A stretch of DNA of 28,353 nucleotides from an uncultured archaeon. Lineage in GTDB: Archaea > Asgardarchaeota > Lokiarchaeia > Sigyniarchaeales > SOKP01. The first letter of the stretch is position 1, and the number at the start of each line of letters is the position of its first letter. Shown here piece by piece: positions 26,512 to 28,353 of this stretch. The position numbers and the translations under genes were made by a program. Location: assembly GCA_964493715.1 (NCBI GenBank), contig CAZBPC010000006.1:61292-89644 (forward strand), given 5' to 3'. The notes beneath the pieces were generated by a model. It was not told where the DNA came from and made no database searches. It worked only from the letters and a program-made list of their open reading frames with translations.

Positions 26512-27276
26512 CTAGTAAAGAAGTAGACTAAGAATCGCGGTTATAATTGACTTTAGACTAATTATCAACAGAAAATAGAAAATAATTATCTGAAATTTTT
26601 TAACAGGTATCTTAGGAGTGAGTTTATGTCCAAACTTGATTCCTAGAAATATTACCGGAAATCCTAATAAAAATAATATGATTAATTCATAAGGAAAAAT
26701 ATCAGCGATAAAATAAAATGGAGCTCTTGCTAAAGACAGTGTAAATCCTATGATCGCGAAATTTTCAATAAAACTTTCTCTATAATGCCCTGTTTTTTCA
26801 AGCATCGCTACATTAAGTGGTCCTACCGCACTTATCAATGATGATAATAATCCATATGTGAGACCTCCTGCCATAATCAAAGAAGATGTCGTATTAAATT
26901 GCCTTTCTAATTCAACTCTATCATCTTTTTTATAATAACTATATAGTTTTATCGTTGAATACCCTAAAATAAAAGCTCCAAGTAAAAGTTCAATCCATTC
27001 CAACCTGATTTCAATGAATAAGAAAGCGCCTAAGATTGTTGCTGGGATTCCTAAGGAAATGAATCTGAAAAAATAGCCTCTATCTAAAAATTGACGATAT
27101 TTAATAAAATTGAGAAACGCTGTAAGGAGCCCCCATAAATTAACTAATATAACCGAGTTCTTAACTCCAATTATTGAAGTAATGATCGGTATTAAGATTA
27201 AAGCATCTCCAAATCCAATTACTCCATAAACTATGCTCGAAAAGAAAATAGCGATTAATGAAAAATAGATAATCAT
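26512..27276 (-). CDS. Sulfite exporter TauE/SafE family membrane protein
   Basis: GVIGFGDALILIP, GIPATILGA, about 8 TM segments in two repeats. Confidence 0.88.
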   Translation of the reverse strand: MIIYFSLIAIFFSSIVYGVIGFGDALILIPIITSIIGVKNSVILVNLWGLLTAFLNFIKYRQFLDRGYFFRFISLGIPATILGAFLFIEIRLEWIELLLGAFILGYSTIKLYSYYKKDDRVELERQFNTTSSLIMAGGLTYGLLSSLISAVGPLNVAMLEKTGHYRESFIENFAIIGFTLSLARAPFYFIADIFPYELIILFLLGFPVIFLGIKFGHKLTPKIPVKKFQIIIFYFLLIISLKSIITAILSLLLY

Positions 27277-27447
27277 ATGTTAAAACGTGTCATTTTTAGA
27301 ATTTATAGCCATTAATAATTACAATAATTAATGTTTCATAATTAATTTTCCATGTATGTTATAGTAAAAAGAGTAGAACTAATAGGTAGTGGTTATTTTG
27401 TTTAAAAAAACATAAAAACCTATTACCAAAATTGGATTACCCTTTTT

Positions 27448-28185
27448 TCAAATCTCATCTAGACTCCTTTGAGGATTAGTATCTTTTTTTCCAAACAAGA
27501 TTTCTTTATTTTTTTGTACGAACTTCCATCCATACCCTGAAAGCTTTGTTAATGGCCCTTCTATGCCTTTTGGGTTTCCAGTTTTAGTAAAAATTACTTT
27601 AGTATTTCTTATTGCTTTTAAAACGTTATAAGGAGTTTTAAAGTGCTCGATCAATTCTTTTGCTTTCTTTGGACCACTATCAATTAATCCCTCTATTATG
27701 AAAGCTCTTCTATCTTCAGTACTCATGCTTTTTGGCGCTTTTCTTGACATGATCGCATCATACCCTTTTGAATGTTCCCGAAATGCAATCCTCTCAATAG
27801 CAATAACCGTGTCCTCTAAATTTCTAGTAGGTATTACCGAAATACCCATAATATAGGAAACTTTACAAAGAGCCCCGTATATGGAATTAATTTTCATTCC
27901 CGTATTTTCAAATACGTTATCATTTAAGCCTTCTAAGATTAGGATAGGTTTTGAATAAGTCTCCTTTAAACGCAACATTTGTTCAAATAACCGATTATCA
28001 ATAATAGAGGATATAAAATCAGATCCTTCTTTCCGTTCGATTGCCACCTCCTCGCTGATTATAATATCTGCGATATCTAATTGTTCTACAGTGTAATTAA
28101 TAGTATCTTTTTTCTGATCCAAAATTTTCATTAACTTCCTTTCACGGGTATCAACTATGATATTTAGCATGCTGGATTGATTCAT
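27448..28185 (-). CDS. xpf: ERCC4-domain structure-specific nuclease (short XPF-type, with HhH)
   Basis: IIVDTRE, ADIII, AIERKEGSDF..SIIDNRLFEQ (ERKxxxD), HhH-like GPKKAKELIEHF, and a C-terminal PIP-like QRSLDEI. Confidence 0.85.
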   Translation of the reverse strand: MNQSSMLNIIVDTRERKLMKILDQKKDTINYTVEQLDIADIIISEEVAIERKEGSDFISSIIDNRLFEQMLRLKETYSKPILILEGLNDNVFENTGMKINSIYGALCKVSYIMGISVIPTRNLEDTVIAIERIAFREHSKGYDAIMSRKAPKSMSTEDRRAFIIEGLIDSGPKKAKELIEHFKTPYNVLKAIRNTKVIFTKTGNPKGIEGPLTKLSGYGWKFVQKNKEILFGKKDTNPQRSLDEI

Positions 28186-28353
28186 TAGAAATCACTAGAT
28201 ATTAAGATTCAAATTCTAATAGATGTTAGGCAATTAATTTTTAATTTATTTAAATAAAAATTTACTAAACGAATTATACTATTCTTGTAATTTTTGAGTT
28301 ACATTACTATCTTTTATGTAAGTGACTATTTTTCTAATACCATAAAGTTTGTT

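Noticed and set aside
1-28353. tRNA, rRNA, CRISPR array, transposase or integrase
   Set aside because: No GC-rich cloverleaf or rRNA-like stretch, no regularly spaced repeats and no recombinase motifs were seen by eye.

Overview
AT-rich, gene-dense archaeal window with no rRNA, tRNA, CRISPR array or transposase. The gene content points to an Asgard archaeon, most like Lokiarchaeia (inferred from gene content only): several Rab/Arf-like small GTPases, a longin-GTPase fusion, a probable ESCRT-II (EAP30)-like protein, an archaeal PUA protein, a short XPF and PlsC-type acyltransferases. The main finding is a Rab-like GTPase gene (18913..19512) with all G1-G5 motifs intact, interrupted right after the G3 Gln (WDVAGQ) by a 30-nt in-frame insert ending in TAA (19156..19185). 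The insert and its flanks fold into a bulge-helix-bulge/bulge-helix-loop motif. The canonical archaeal tRNA-splicing endonuclease cut sites of that motif fall exactly at the insert boundaries, and removing it restores WDVAGQ-PQFYMLHRPYF. This looks like a tRNA-type mRNA intron in a eukaryotic-signature gene. Other notable items are a membrane-anchored tandem EAP30/Vps22-like protein, a stand-alone toxin-type Zn deaminase inside an acyltransferase cluster, a corrinoid/homocysteine methyltransferase/non-Pyl MttB operon, a degenerate pseudo-GTPase missed by the ORF track, a C2-like protein, and a gene whose apparently conserved N-terminus lacks an ATG/GTG/TTG start. Family assignments come from motif recognition by eye, not database searches.
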